Source: Chrysomallon squamiferum
Taxonomy: Eukaryota; Animalia; Mollusca
NCBI GenBank assembly: GCA_012295275.1
Contig: CM022667.1
Location: 14,818,001-14,882,000, forward strand
Reading direction: 5' to 3'
DNA length: 64,000 nucleotides
Positions 12,730-24,593 of the stretch are shown piece by piece (the stretch's first letter is position 1; every line of letters starts with the position of its first letter). The notes under the pieces are model-generated. The model searched no databases and was not told the origin of the DNA. It worked only from the letters and a program-made list of their open reading frames with translations. A program made the translations under genes and the position numbers.

Positions 12730-12730
12730 G
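12631..12730. repeat. Perfect 100-bp fold-back (AAT)n/(ATT)n microsatellite
   Basis: C(ATA)n arm 12631-12680 is followed directly by its exact reverse complement 12681-12730. Confidence 0.9.
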
Positions 12731-13079
12731 TGTGTGTGTGTTTGCGTGTAATCATATTAATATTTATATTATTGTCACTTCGGCAAAGTAATAAAAGTAT
12801 TGTTGCCATCCAAATCAAAATTAATATTTTAAATGAAATATTTTCAGATTATAATAACTTTAAATATTTCAATGATGCTGGATATATATCTGTATATCTA
12901 TATAAGTGTACACACACTACATACACACATACATACATATATATACACACATACATACATACATATATACATACACATATATAAACACTTTTGCATGTAT
13001 ACCTACATAGTTTTAACTTTTCTTTACATATATTGACTGTATTAACATGTAAAAAAAACTCCTATTTTTTAATGTACAA

Positions 13080-13369
13080 TATCCTTGGGAGATTATAAAA
13101 TATTTGGGGCTTTTGGACTTTTGGTAAAAGATTTCAAAATAAAGAGACTTAGAGCTTGTCCTTCATATTATCCAACAGGCATTTATATTTAGTGATTTGT
13201 GCAGACTAACTGTAGAGTTTTTCTATTTAAATATTGATATTTTATGTCTTTGAATGTTTTATATTTCACTCCTTTCACACATACAAATGCACACACACAC
13301 ATACACACACACACAAAAAATAAAATAAATGAGACATATAATTATCATACATATCAAAATGAACATATA

Positions 13370-13429
<60 letters not shown>

Positions 13430-13888
13430 CAAAAATAATTACACATATACACAAACATATATTCAGTAGTATTATATAATGATATAATAGTAATAAAGAT
13501 AGTAGCAGTATCACTATAGTAGTAATAGTAATGAAGATAACAATAGTAACAGCAAAAAATAAATAATGAATTATAATAGTAAAAGTGATAGTAGTAGTAA
13601 CAGTAATAATCATGTTAGATAATGTTAATATAATATTATTTTTGTAATGTTAAATATTTCTTTTCCTTAACCAGTTGTAGTGAGTGTGAAAAAATGCTGA
13701 CCCCTGAAGTGTTTAAAAAGGCCTATGAGTACTTGAAGAATGCTCAACATGGTAAGGATAAGCAGGGCTGTAGTGAAAGAGAGATTATGGAAGGTCTGCG
13801 GAAATTTGTGAAAAACCCCTCAGATTGTTTTCCCATTGACCAGCTGCTGTTTCTAGAAGAACAAGTCCAAGTAGGAAAACTCAGCTAA
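13080..13888 (+). pseudogene. NEK11: NEK11-like kinase 3'-end fragment (intact terminal exon 13681-13888 plus a degraded preceding exon ~13080-13155)
   Basis: The terminal exon reads ECEKMLTPEVFKKAYEYLKNAQH...SEREIMEGLRKFVKNPSDCFPIDQLLFLEEQ, matching the NEK11 C-terminus as recalled (LGTEVFEEVYNYLK...SEAEIRECLEKVVPQASDCFEVDQLLYFEEQ). Upstream, FGAFGLLVKDFKIKRLR(A) would join it in phase 2 but has AA/TT where AG/GT are expected. No kinase exons are in the window, so pseudogene status is an inference. Confidence 0.6.
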
Positions 13889-14619
13889 AAATGATCAAGC
13901 TTTCTGAAACATGTTTGCAGTTTAATTTAAATTTGTATTTTTCTTTATATATATATGTTAGTTTTATACCAATGATTTCATGAAAATAAAATATATATAA
14001 ATGATTTTTCAGTTTATATTAATTATATATGTTTGTGTGTGTGTTTGTATGTATATATATGCAGAAATTATATTTTTTTAAAGAAAAAAAAATCTTAATT
14101 TTTTTGTAAGACTAAATCTAATATTCATTCTTTTCTTGAAAATATTCCATAAAAATAACTTTATGCAAATGATTTAATGAAAATAAAATGTTCATAAATG
14201 ATTTTTCATTTTGTATTATAATTTTAATTATCTCTTATATAAACATAGCTGGTAACATAAACTTGGTTTCTGCATTTATAAAAGGTGTATTTACATTTAA
14301 TTTTAGAATTAGCTAAGTTAAACAAAACTAGTTATTTTTATTTTTCTATGAAGATTTATAAAGTTACTATTATAAGAGATAACTTGTCAGGATCTTACAT
14401 AGGCTGAAATCCTTTACTCTGGTACACTTGGATCTGACAAATAATATTATGAATAAAAAAGCAAGACATAACAATTAGTTAAACTACTAATGCTTTAAAT
14501 TAGTATTTAAGATAATGTGTAATCTCCAGGCTATTCTTCATCTTTCCATTTCATAAATTGTAAAAATAAGTAAAATTTGTTTCTTCAGTTCTTGAAAAAG
14601 TGAGAGAGAAGAAGCAGGC

Positions 14620-15832
14620 AATTTTCAGACAAAGGTATTTCCACAACGGCCTTTTGGACAAAATCCTCAAACATTTCGTCTTAAATTAACTAAATATTAT
14701 TCTTAGAAAAACTAATACAAAACAAAACTAAGAAAACAAACAAAACACATTTTACTCTTAGATAAACTTAAACACCTTTATTCTTTTCTACGTTCACTGC
14801 TTTGGACTATAACTTCTTATGACAATGCAGATAGGTAGAAAGTATTTTATATAATCATCAGCATGTCTCGAAAAAGATATTACTATTGATTAGATTACTA
14901 ACAAAGTAACCCCGATTTCCCCATCTTTTATCATCATTCTCAATACATTATTTCCAGTTTCGCTATAGTAGTCTAGTGGTCCAAAGTTTAAAAAAAAAAT
15001 TACTTCAGGGTTGCGGAAATTGCATGTGCAGTCGAGGTAAAAGGATGGACAAATAAACGATGACACTGAAACAAAAATGTCTGAATCTTTGTCATCTTCT
15101 GTTTTCAAAAATAGGTTCATGCGGAATCGGAGATTTCCCGAAGTTTTTCGTTTTGTTCAAAAATCTAATTTCAAAAACGTTTCATGCAACTGTTAATTCA
15201 GTTGAAATTAAATTTTTAGTATTAAAAACATGTTTTATATTTTTCTCAATTTCTAAACTGTATAGATAGGAAACTTACGAATTTCTGAGTTAAGAATACA
15301 AATTCGAATAACGACTTTATTCTGTACTTGTCCAAATTACTTCTTTGGAACAATAGTTTTCGATATAAAGTTCTGTAAAGTGGCATTCTTGTGATTTTGT
15401 CTTTGTTCTGTATCGAAAATAAAATCTGCCAACAAAATCCAAAAAAGAACAACAAAAGAAAAACAAAATCCATCTTCTGTGAAATGTCCTGTTCATAATT
15501 TTTCAAAGACATATATTTAACGATTATTATAGTATTCAAAGAAAGTTTAAAATAACATTGCAAATGGACGAATTCATTGACAAACTGAATAACGACTTTG
15601 TATGTACTCAGCTGACAATATTTTGACAAATAAACACAACAACACCTGTGTTCAGACTCAAATAAAATCAAAAACAACAACAAAAGATACATACACAAAT
15701 ATACTGTTCATAATTTCCTCAAGACACACAAATGCTGTCTCAAATGCAGACACAAACATACATATTTATATGAAGATTGCGTCACCAACAAATGCTGTCT
15801 CAAATGCAGAGACAAAGAGATATATAAAGAGA

Positions 15833-15920
<88 letters not shown>

Positions 15921-16215
15921 GATGGCACGCATCCATCAAGTTATAAAGTTTTTACCTGATAACTGCAGAATAATACAAAAATAATACAAAAATATTTTAC
16001 ATGGTTTGTTCCTTTCTGAACGAAATCTTACACACACTTCTTACACTTAAACATCATTCAGATCCGTCATATGTGTTACACAAAACACTGTTATTTTGAT
16101 TGACATCTGTTTCTGAAACTCTAGGTTTAAACCATAATCATCTCGTCATTCTGAGTACGTATCTGACTACGAATCAAATACATTGTAGATTAGCATGGGT
16201 TGGTCACCGTCTTGA
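14620..16215 (-). pseudogene. Degraded inverted duplicate of the neighbouring Hint-domain gene
   Basis: The reverse complement matches 17046-17430 (5' region, signal-peptide exon and donor, but reads ATG-TAA at 16002-15997), part of exon 4 (GAATGCCACTTTACAGAACTTTA), most of intron 4 (~19440-20066) and part of exon 5 (GAAATACCTTTGTCTGAAAA), with large deletions. Confidence 0.8.
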
Positions 16216-16791
16216 AGGCAAACCAACGGAGAAAGCATGGAGAAACAATAAGAGATATCTTTGATGTCGTCGTAGGTGAGATATTGTTCATTTTAAACAT
16301 CATAACTACACGTCTGGAGCAGTACCACTACAAATGGTACGATGATAACCCACGTGACACAGAAACTGATACTTTTTTTTTTTATCTTACATCAGATGTC
16401 TGTATTTGACGTACAAGTTCATAACACACGTACTAATCAATGCGTGTGCGCTAAATATTAAAATCATTCACTATTGTTAAACAAAAAAATCCTTCATTAA
16501 ATCATATCAAAAGGTACGTAGCATTATGTAACATTTTTAGTAATTTATTTGACTGTTTCAATTTACGAAGGTCAAGGTACAGATAACGATCGTCATGATG
16601 TCATCTAATAAATTCAGAGACAAAAATTAATAAATTCAACATCGCTTTACGAACTTGACGGCAGTAAATTATTCCAAGTGATAAAATTTGTGTTTAAAAA
16701 ATCGCAATATTTGTCTTTGCACGTAATCTCTGTAATATATTTAATTACGCAGTTATAAATTGATAACGTGATATCCTGTCCGTTTTTCCGT

Positions 16792-16842
<51 letters not shown>

Positions 16843-17253
16843 CACTAACTGCGTGCATTAGCAAGGATTCTGAAGCGAATTATCGATTATTGCGCCTTAA
16901 AACCCCCTTTCCTGCACTGCTGTATGTTAATCTACCTAAAACGTAATCAGACGCATATTCAATCATGAGTATATGCTTGCGTATGTTCGTACTCACTGAC
17001 ATACATGTTACAGAATTTATGGATGACAGATGAATAATAAAACTGTCAAGACGGTGACTATCTACACTGTATTTAATTCATAGTGAGATACGTAATCAAA
17101 ATGACGGGATAATTATGGATTAAACATAAAGTTTCAGAAACAGATGTTGCGATATCAACCAAAGTAACAGTGTTTTGTATATAATTAACGTATAACATGT
17201 ATAACGAATCTAAGTGCGAGAAGTAAAAGGTTTTGTTCAGAAAGGAACAAATC

Positions 17254-17329
17254 ATGTATACTATTCTTTTAATTTTCATTATTTTGCAGCTACCAGGTAA
17301 AAACGTTATAACTTGATGGATGCGTGACA

Positions 17330-17428
<99 letters not shown>

Positions 17429-17642
17429 CCTCCTCCTCTCTCTCTGTCTATCTCAGTGTTTGTTTTATTACTAAATATTTATATACTGTGTATTTATGTA
17501 CTGTGTACTGTTTCATGATTATGAACAAACATTTCCAGATTATTTTCATGCAGCCAGCAATGGACTGCTGATTTGTCTGTAACATTACGTCATCCTTTAC
17601 AAAATGTAGTCTGATCCAGCTTTCGTAAATAATCAAAAGACA

Positions 17643-17673
<31 letters not shown>

Positions 17674-17966
17674 AAAATAAATAAAAAAATAAAAACAAAA
17701 ACAAAAACAAAACGAAACAACAAAACATGTTTATTATTGATGATAATGTAGTATACAGCATGGCATTTTGTTTGATATGCAAAACTGTATTTTAAATATT
17801 TAAAAAATGTATTTATTTTATTTGTCTATTTATTTATTTTTGTTTTTGTTTCCAGGATTAGTTCCAGCATGGTGGGGACATGTATGTCTACTTTACTACA
17901 GTTTGGTCACATTTTATCGTTGCTTAATATAACTCCATTAGCTGAATTTCGTGTAAATTACCTGTA

Positions 17967-18053
<87 letters not shown>

Positions 18054-18598
18054 CTTGTAAATCTGTGTATGGATGTGTCTGTGTACGTGTGTGTGTCTGT
18101 GCGCATATGTGCGTCTATACGTCTCTGTGTATGTGTCCGCAGAGGGTGTCTGTCAGTATGTCTGTGTGTGTGTGTGTCTAGTGCATATTATTTTTAACAC
18201 GTTCACACTCACACTGTATAGTCCTATATAATCATCAGTTTCTGGATCTTTCTGTAGGAAATCACTAACGGGACACTTATTGTGAATGTTATTTTCTAAA
18301 TGTTACCTGTGAGAAATAATTACTTTCGTCGTAAAACAGAAGGACCCCTCCTACTGCGAGTGTTATCTGAGGTCAAGTAACGGGATGATGAGGTCGCGCA
18401 AAGACAAATGCTCGTGCGGCTGTGCTCAGTACTGGGACAAGGAAAACAGGTGTTGTAAGAGTTGCTGTTTCCATGGAGACGGAGAGCTTCAGCTTGAAGA
18501 CGGCTCAGCTACAAAAATGAGACACCTTAAAGCAGGAAATAAAGTTCTAACGGGTAATTTTTTATTATTATTATTGTTTTTGAAATGGATGGTTTCTT

Positions 18599-18629
<31 letters not shown>

Positions 18630-20767
18630 TTATTATTATTATGTTAATATTATTATTGCATTTATTTATTTATTTATTTAATTATTTATTTGTTTATTAT
18701 ATTTTGTTTACTTTGCAGTATTCCAACATATTTATTTATATTAAAACTCTTGAAAATGAAAACCTGTTACTCTAAATTAAAACATTTAAAAAGGTCTATA
18801 TGAAGACTTTATGGCATTAGGAACACAATATAAGCTCTATACAAACAAATATTAGTCCAAACAGTACATTACATACAAAATCGTTATGCACATTTGTATT
18901 CTTAACTCAGAATTCTTTACTATCTGTAGAATTTACTATTAATATAAACATTTTTGAAAACTATAATAACGGTTAAAAATTTGTCTTTTGAAAATCAGAA
19001 AGCGATCTTACGTTTTTTTTAGAACAAGATGGCAAAGATTCAGACATATTTGTTTTTCTTTTGTTCTAATTTTTGTTCTCAGTGCAAAATGGCAGACGGA
19101 TATTTTCAGAGGTAAAAACTTTCATAAAACGAAAGCCTCACACGAATGCCACTTACAGAACTTTAACGACGGAAAGTGGAAATCACATCACCATGACAGA
19201 CGACCATCTGATATTTGTGTCAAAGAACAACAGATCTACTGAAATGGAAGCTAGGTTTGTGTGTCTTCTGTGTTAAGATGTCTACTTTTGCTTGTAAAAC
19301 TCGAGTGTACAAGAATGTGCTGAAGTGTAATTTGGACAATTTATAGCTTGAGAATTAAAACTGTTCTCACCTCGGGGGCAGGTGAATGTGTAGACGTAGA
19401 CAGACAAAATTAACGTAAGTCTCACGAAACCAGCACCAGACAAACCTTTTGAAACTGAGAAAAATTTCAGAATAACAATTCAGAGCTGTTGTTTCTCTGG
19501 ATTTCCGCAAAAAATTTTCAATGATATTTCAACTGAATTAACAGTTGCATGAAACGTTTTTGAAATGAGATTTAACTGAACAATGTAATGCTGGTTAAGA
19601 AAACAACTTCGTTGAAATCTCCGTATTCCGCATGAACCTATTTCTGAAAACGTGTTTTACTTGTTGATGAAATAAAAGCAAATTAGGTTTGTCTGGATTT
19701 CAGTGTCATCCTATGTTTGTCCATCCTTTTTCCTCGACTGCACATGCAATGTCCACTACACTGAAGTAATTTTTTTTTAAACTGTGGACTAGAACGAAAC
19801 TGGAAATAAAGTATTGAAAATGATGATTAAAAGATGGGAATTATCCAGTCAATAGTAAGAACTGTTTCGAGACAGACTGATACTTATATAAAATACTTTC
19901 TCCCTATCTGCATTGTCATAAAAAGTTATTTTCTAAAGCAGTAACCGTATAAAATAATAAAGGTGTTTATCTTAAAGTAAGATGTGTTTTGTTTGTTTTC
20001 TTAGCTTTGTTTTATATTAGTTTTTCTAAGAATAATATTTAGTTAATTTAAGATGAAATTTTTCAGGTTTTCTGTGTTTGTAGAACGAGGTGATTATATT
20101 TTCTCTTCACGGTCATGTTCCAGTGGTCTTTGTGCAGAGCGCGTAGTAGAAATATCTTTGTCTGAGAAAGAAGGTACTGCTAACACAATCCTACCACCAT
20201 CATAGAAACAGTAACAACAACAACTACTACTACTACAACTACAACCACCAATACTATTACCACTAATACAGATACTTCTAATCATATTACTACTGTTACT
20301 TACAAATAATATCACCGCCAATGTCGACTACTCTCATTTTACTTCTTTACAGCTTCTACTTCTTGTACATTATCTGTAGACTGTAACTCACTCTTGCGTC
20401 ATACACTTCAGTTATTTTATGTCAATATCTACTTCGTGTACGACTATTTTTCTGGTGCTATATCTGTGTCATGTCACAAACGTTACGTTTCTGAACTATT
20501 TGAAGATACTAACACGAACAACATTTCACGACAGGTTTGTACGTGCCAGTCACAGAGACGGGAACTCTTATTGTTGATGGAATTTTAGCGTCAAGTTACG
20601 GTTTTGTTGACCATGACTTTGAACATTTCATCCTCAGTCCATTCCGATTGTTTCCGTGGCTGCTGAAACCATGGCAAGAAGACGGGTCTAGTCCAGTAAT
20701 AGAAGGAATGAGGTATTTGGGCACGTTGTTGATTCCTGGAAACTTCGAAACCTTGGACTGTTGTTAA
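17254..20767 (+). CDS. Secreted hedgehog-related protein: signal peptide + Cys-rich peptide + Hint/Hog autoprocessing domain, 264 aa
   Basis: Exons 17254-17296, 17856-17881, 18340-18553, 19083-19254, 20067-20173 and 20535-20767. All introns are GT-AG with phases 1,0,1,2,1, giving 795 nt ending in TAA. Protein: MYTILLIFIILQLPGLVPA-WWGHKDPSYCECY...CSCGC...RCCKSC-CFHGDG...LKAGNKVL...FSEV...ITMTDDHLIFV...GLYVPVTETGTLIVDGILASSY...HFILSPFRL. Hint motifs (CF start, TxxH, GxYxPxTxxGTxxVdG) and an SRR-like segment are present. There is no Hedge domain, so this is not hh itself. Confidence 0.9.
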
Positions 20768-22369
20768 AATTTGACTGTTTCGCAGATTTTTGCTTTCACA
20801 GAAATAAAATAGAATTATGACGTATTATTATCAATAACACGTTGATTGAAAACAAATGAAATTAACCGCTGATTCTATCTCTCTGTCTATCTACCCATCT
20901 ATCTACATAATCTACATATATATTTATTACGCTGTACGATACTATGCTTCACGTATAACACAGTAAAAGATACCACACTGAACTGTACTGTGTTGGACTG
21001 TTTGACGAAAGACAAAGAACGGCGCGCTTCGTGGGAAGAGATGATTACCCTGTGTTATTGTGCAACCTTTTCAAAGGTTGCCTTCATGGCTGAGTTATAA
21101 CGTCGTTCACCTTTGGTGTGAATACTGCCTACCTACATATATGGTTAACGTGACAATGCAATCACTTGTTTTTCATTTTGATGACAATGTGTGTAGGGCT
21201 CGGACATGTGACTGATCAGTTACTCTATCACCTAGAAACAAACAACCAAATCAAAGGGTTTTAGTAACAGGTAATCACAGATTATAGAAATATTAAAAAA
21301 TAAAACACAGTAACAAACTGACTAGTTTAATTAAATAACATTTAATTAATACGAAGTATAAAAAAGATTCTACAGTTGTAAAATCAGAACAAACCGAACC
21401 AAACCAAAAACAAAATATCTTTTATACATTTATAAGACATTAATAACTGTTGAACCATAAGCATTTTTGAATACATATGTACATCAGTTATCGGTGATTT
21501 TAATTCATATTTTGGTGACATTGACATTATATTTAAAGAAAGCAATAACAGTTATCATAAAGATGCAAACATCAGGATTTGTAAATTAACATAACTATAA
21601 AACGTACGCGATATTTTAAGTAGTGCTGTAAATAACAAACACTAACCCAACACGACCAGTTTCGTCACCTGAACAGAAATAATGAATATGTATCAGCCGT
21701 ACTCTGTGTTTCAATCGTCTTTATTTCTAAACCTATTTCCCTGTGAGAATTAATACATTAATTATTATAAATTGTAACCACTATTTCTTTACGTCAAGAT
21801 ATTTAATAAACTAAGCTCTAGAATACTGGAAATAAATGAAAGTCCACAAGTAAAACTGGGCAGTAAAACGCTTGGAATACAATTATTGTCTCACGTTCAG
21901 TATGTATCTTAATTTTTTTTTTTAGCAGACAGATTAAAATGAAAGCCAAAACACTAAATTAATTACTGATCTCAGATGACCTGTAGAACAGTTACAGGTG
22001 AATCCAATATTAACCAAATACAAAAATTCTTACCTTCACTAACAATTATCTAAGGTCTTGTCCTTTCAAGGGAGGACAAAGGGTTGCGCCTGAACTCAGT
22101 TGCCATATATGGTCATGTCACATGACCATACAGTTCCCAGTGGTAATGAAAGTTCCCAACAAGAGTCACTGATTTTAGCCTAATTTGTTAGTACTTGATC
22201 TCCTCACATTAATTTTGTAAACCAGTTACGTTTAAACTTTAAATACTGACCTTTATAGAGTAGCAAAAAATGATTAGTATTTCTATATGCTATATATATA
22301 TGTAAACACACACTTATAATATATGCACATATAGAAACAAGGAAATGAAATATAATATATGTTTTGAAT

Positions 22370-22401
22370 ATTATTATTATTATTATTATTATTATTTATT
22401 A

Positions 22402-22467
<66 letters not shown>

Positions 22468-22738
22468 CAAAAATGAAGAAATTTTTTATTCTTGATATGT
22501 ATGAACATTCTGTTATTTTATTCGTATACTTGATTATTATCAAAGACTGCGGGTAAAGTATATTAAATATATTTATTCCATATGTGCATCAAAGGCTTAC
22601 GAGTTAAAGGGAGTTAATATTTAACAGCCAACTTCTTTCTCGAGTTGTCTCCCCGACGCATTATTCCTTCATCGTCATCGTCATCATCATCATCATAATC
22701 TTTGTTATTATTGTTATTAGTATTGTTATTGTTGTTGT

Positions 22739-22770
<32 letters not shown>

Positions 22771-23692
22771 TACTGGTGTTGCTGTTCAGTGCTGTAATAA
22801 TGGTGATGGTTGTTGTAAAATTATTGTCGTTAGCAGTTACATGAAATTGTACAGGTGGTTACAGTGACTATGATATCAGTTATAACTGCAGTGGTAGTAG
22901 ACGTAGTAATAGCAGTAGTAAGTAGTAGCTGTTGCTAAAGAAGAAGAGAAAGAAAGATACGACTAGGTTGTTGTTGTTGTAGTTGCTGTTGTATATATCA
23001 CGGTTATTGTTCTAGTGTTAGAAGTAGTGACAGTGCTATAAGTGACAATAGTTATGTTAATACTAATGGTAGTTGCTATGGTAATAGAACTAGTGCAGAA
23101 ATGTCTTGCAGCAGTTGTAACGGTTATAAGTGTATAAATGGTGATGATGACAGTAGTAGTTGTAGACGTAGTAGTAGCGGTAGTAGTAGTAGTATTAGTA
23201 GTAGCAGTAACAGTAGTAGTAGTAGAAAAAAATGTTTAAATTCGCATTTCTATGAACGTTATATATGGAGTGCGAAATAATAACAGAAATAGTTGAAGAA
23301 TAATAATAAATTAATGGTAATAAAAGTGATAGTAATAGTTATAGAAGTGTAATATTAGTAACAGTAGTACTAGTAGTAGTGGTAATTGTAATATTAATAA
23401 GAGTAGTAATAGTAATAACAGTGGCATTAACAGCTGCAACACTAATATTAGTACTAGTAGAAGTACTAGTGCTAGTGATATGAGTAATAGTGGAAATAGT
23501 AGGAGTAATAGTAACAGTAACATAGCTAGTTATAGTAGTCGTTCTAGTAGCAGTGATAGTAATAGTATTAGTAGCTACATCAGAAGTATTAGTGGTATTA
23601 GAACTACTAAATAGTAGTATTAATTACTGTAGTATTACTAGCAGTAATAATTAGCAATAATAGTACTAGCAGTAGAAGTAGTAATAATAGCC

Positions 23693-23746
<54 letters not shown>

Positions 23747-23803
23747 ATAATAATAATAGTAGTAGTAGTGGTGGTGGTGGTGGTGGTGGTGGTAGTGGTA
23801 GTA

Positions 23804-23858
<55 letters not shown>

Positions 23859-23890
23859 ATATTAGTAGTAGAAGTTGTAGTAGTAGAATC
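22370..23890. repeat. Low-complexity microsatellite tract ((TTA)n, (TAG)n, (TGG)n)
   Basis: Directly visible and representative of many (AG)n, (AAT)n, (TAG)n, (AC)n and (AT)n tracts across the window that generate most of the spurious ORFs. Confidence 0.9.
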
Positions 23891-24005
23891 AGCCATTGCC
23901 ATTATTGTTGTTAATTTGAACTTAAAAATATTGACGTGGTGAAACTTAACTTAAGCGAAAAATTCTTTCGGCTCCCCGAGTTCTTCGCGTATCTCATGAC
24001 AGAGC

Positions 24006-24019
24006 GTTACCATGGCAAC
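24006..24019. promoter_or_regulatory. RFX X-box motif
   Basis: GTTACCATGGCAAC matches the GTTNCCATGGNAAC consensus and lies in a GC-richer unique island (~23960-24220). Function not demonstrated. Confidence 0.5.
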
Positions 24020-24227
24020 AGGCTGTGATGGCATTTCAGTGAGGAAAGATGATTCGTTTGTCAAGTGTTTGAGTGCGGGGCACTGCAGGCCCGCGCTGAG
24101 AAGTGGGGGACCCTATAAATCTTCTGACTCCGAAAACAAAATAAAATTGAAAATTGCGTGAAACTGGATACATCCGAGCAAACAAGCCTTCTGTGATGCC
24201 TGTTCCTGGCAGAGTTTCTTAAAATAG

Positions 24228-24272
<45 letters not shown>

Positions 24273-24493
24273 ATGGTTCATCAACATTTATGTTTTTATC
24301 CTATTTTTTTACGTTTTTCTGCTTCGAAATCGTATAATTATATGTATGTATGTATGTGAAAGGAATATTAATTTATTTGGATGTCATAGCGGTTAAAGGA
24401 AACTTGGTCTTAATAGTCTGTAATAGTTGTACCGATCTAGTTGTGATGGATAATGTAGTACTCCTTATATTGGCGTATGGAATGAAGGGTATA

Positions 24494-24593
24494 GGAAAAA
24501 AATGGCACTGAAAAAATGGCATCGAAAAAATGGCACAGGGAAAAAGGCACCTGGAAGAAATGGCACTATGCAAATTTGGAAAAAGATAGCACC
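24494..24593. repeat. Minisatellite of ~14-15 bp GAAAAAATGGCAC-like units
   Basis: Five to six degenerate copies (AAAAAATGGCAC, AAAAAATGGCAT, AAAAAATGGCAC, AAAAAGGCAC, AAGAAATGGCAC, AAAGATAGCAC). Possibly a remnant of transposon subterminal repeats. Confidence 0.7.

Noticed and set aside
17869-17970. Alternative start MVGTCMSTLLQ... for the Hint gene
   Set aside because: The GTATGT donor at 17882 and the phase-matched signal-peptide exon at 17254-17296 give a much better model.
17254-20767. Calling the gene hedgehog or an intein; reading the C-terminal CC as a prenylation signal
   Set aside because: There is no Hedge domain and no intein-type C-terminal His-Asn. A signal-peptide protein would not meet cytosolic prenyltransferases.
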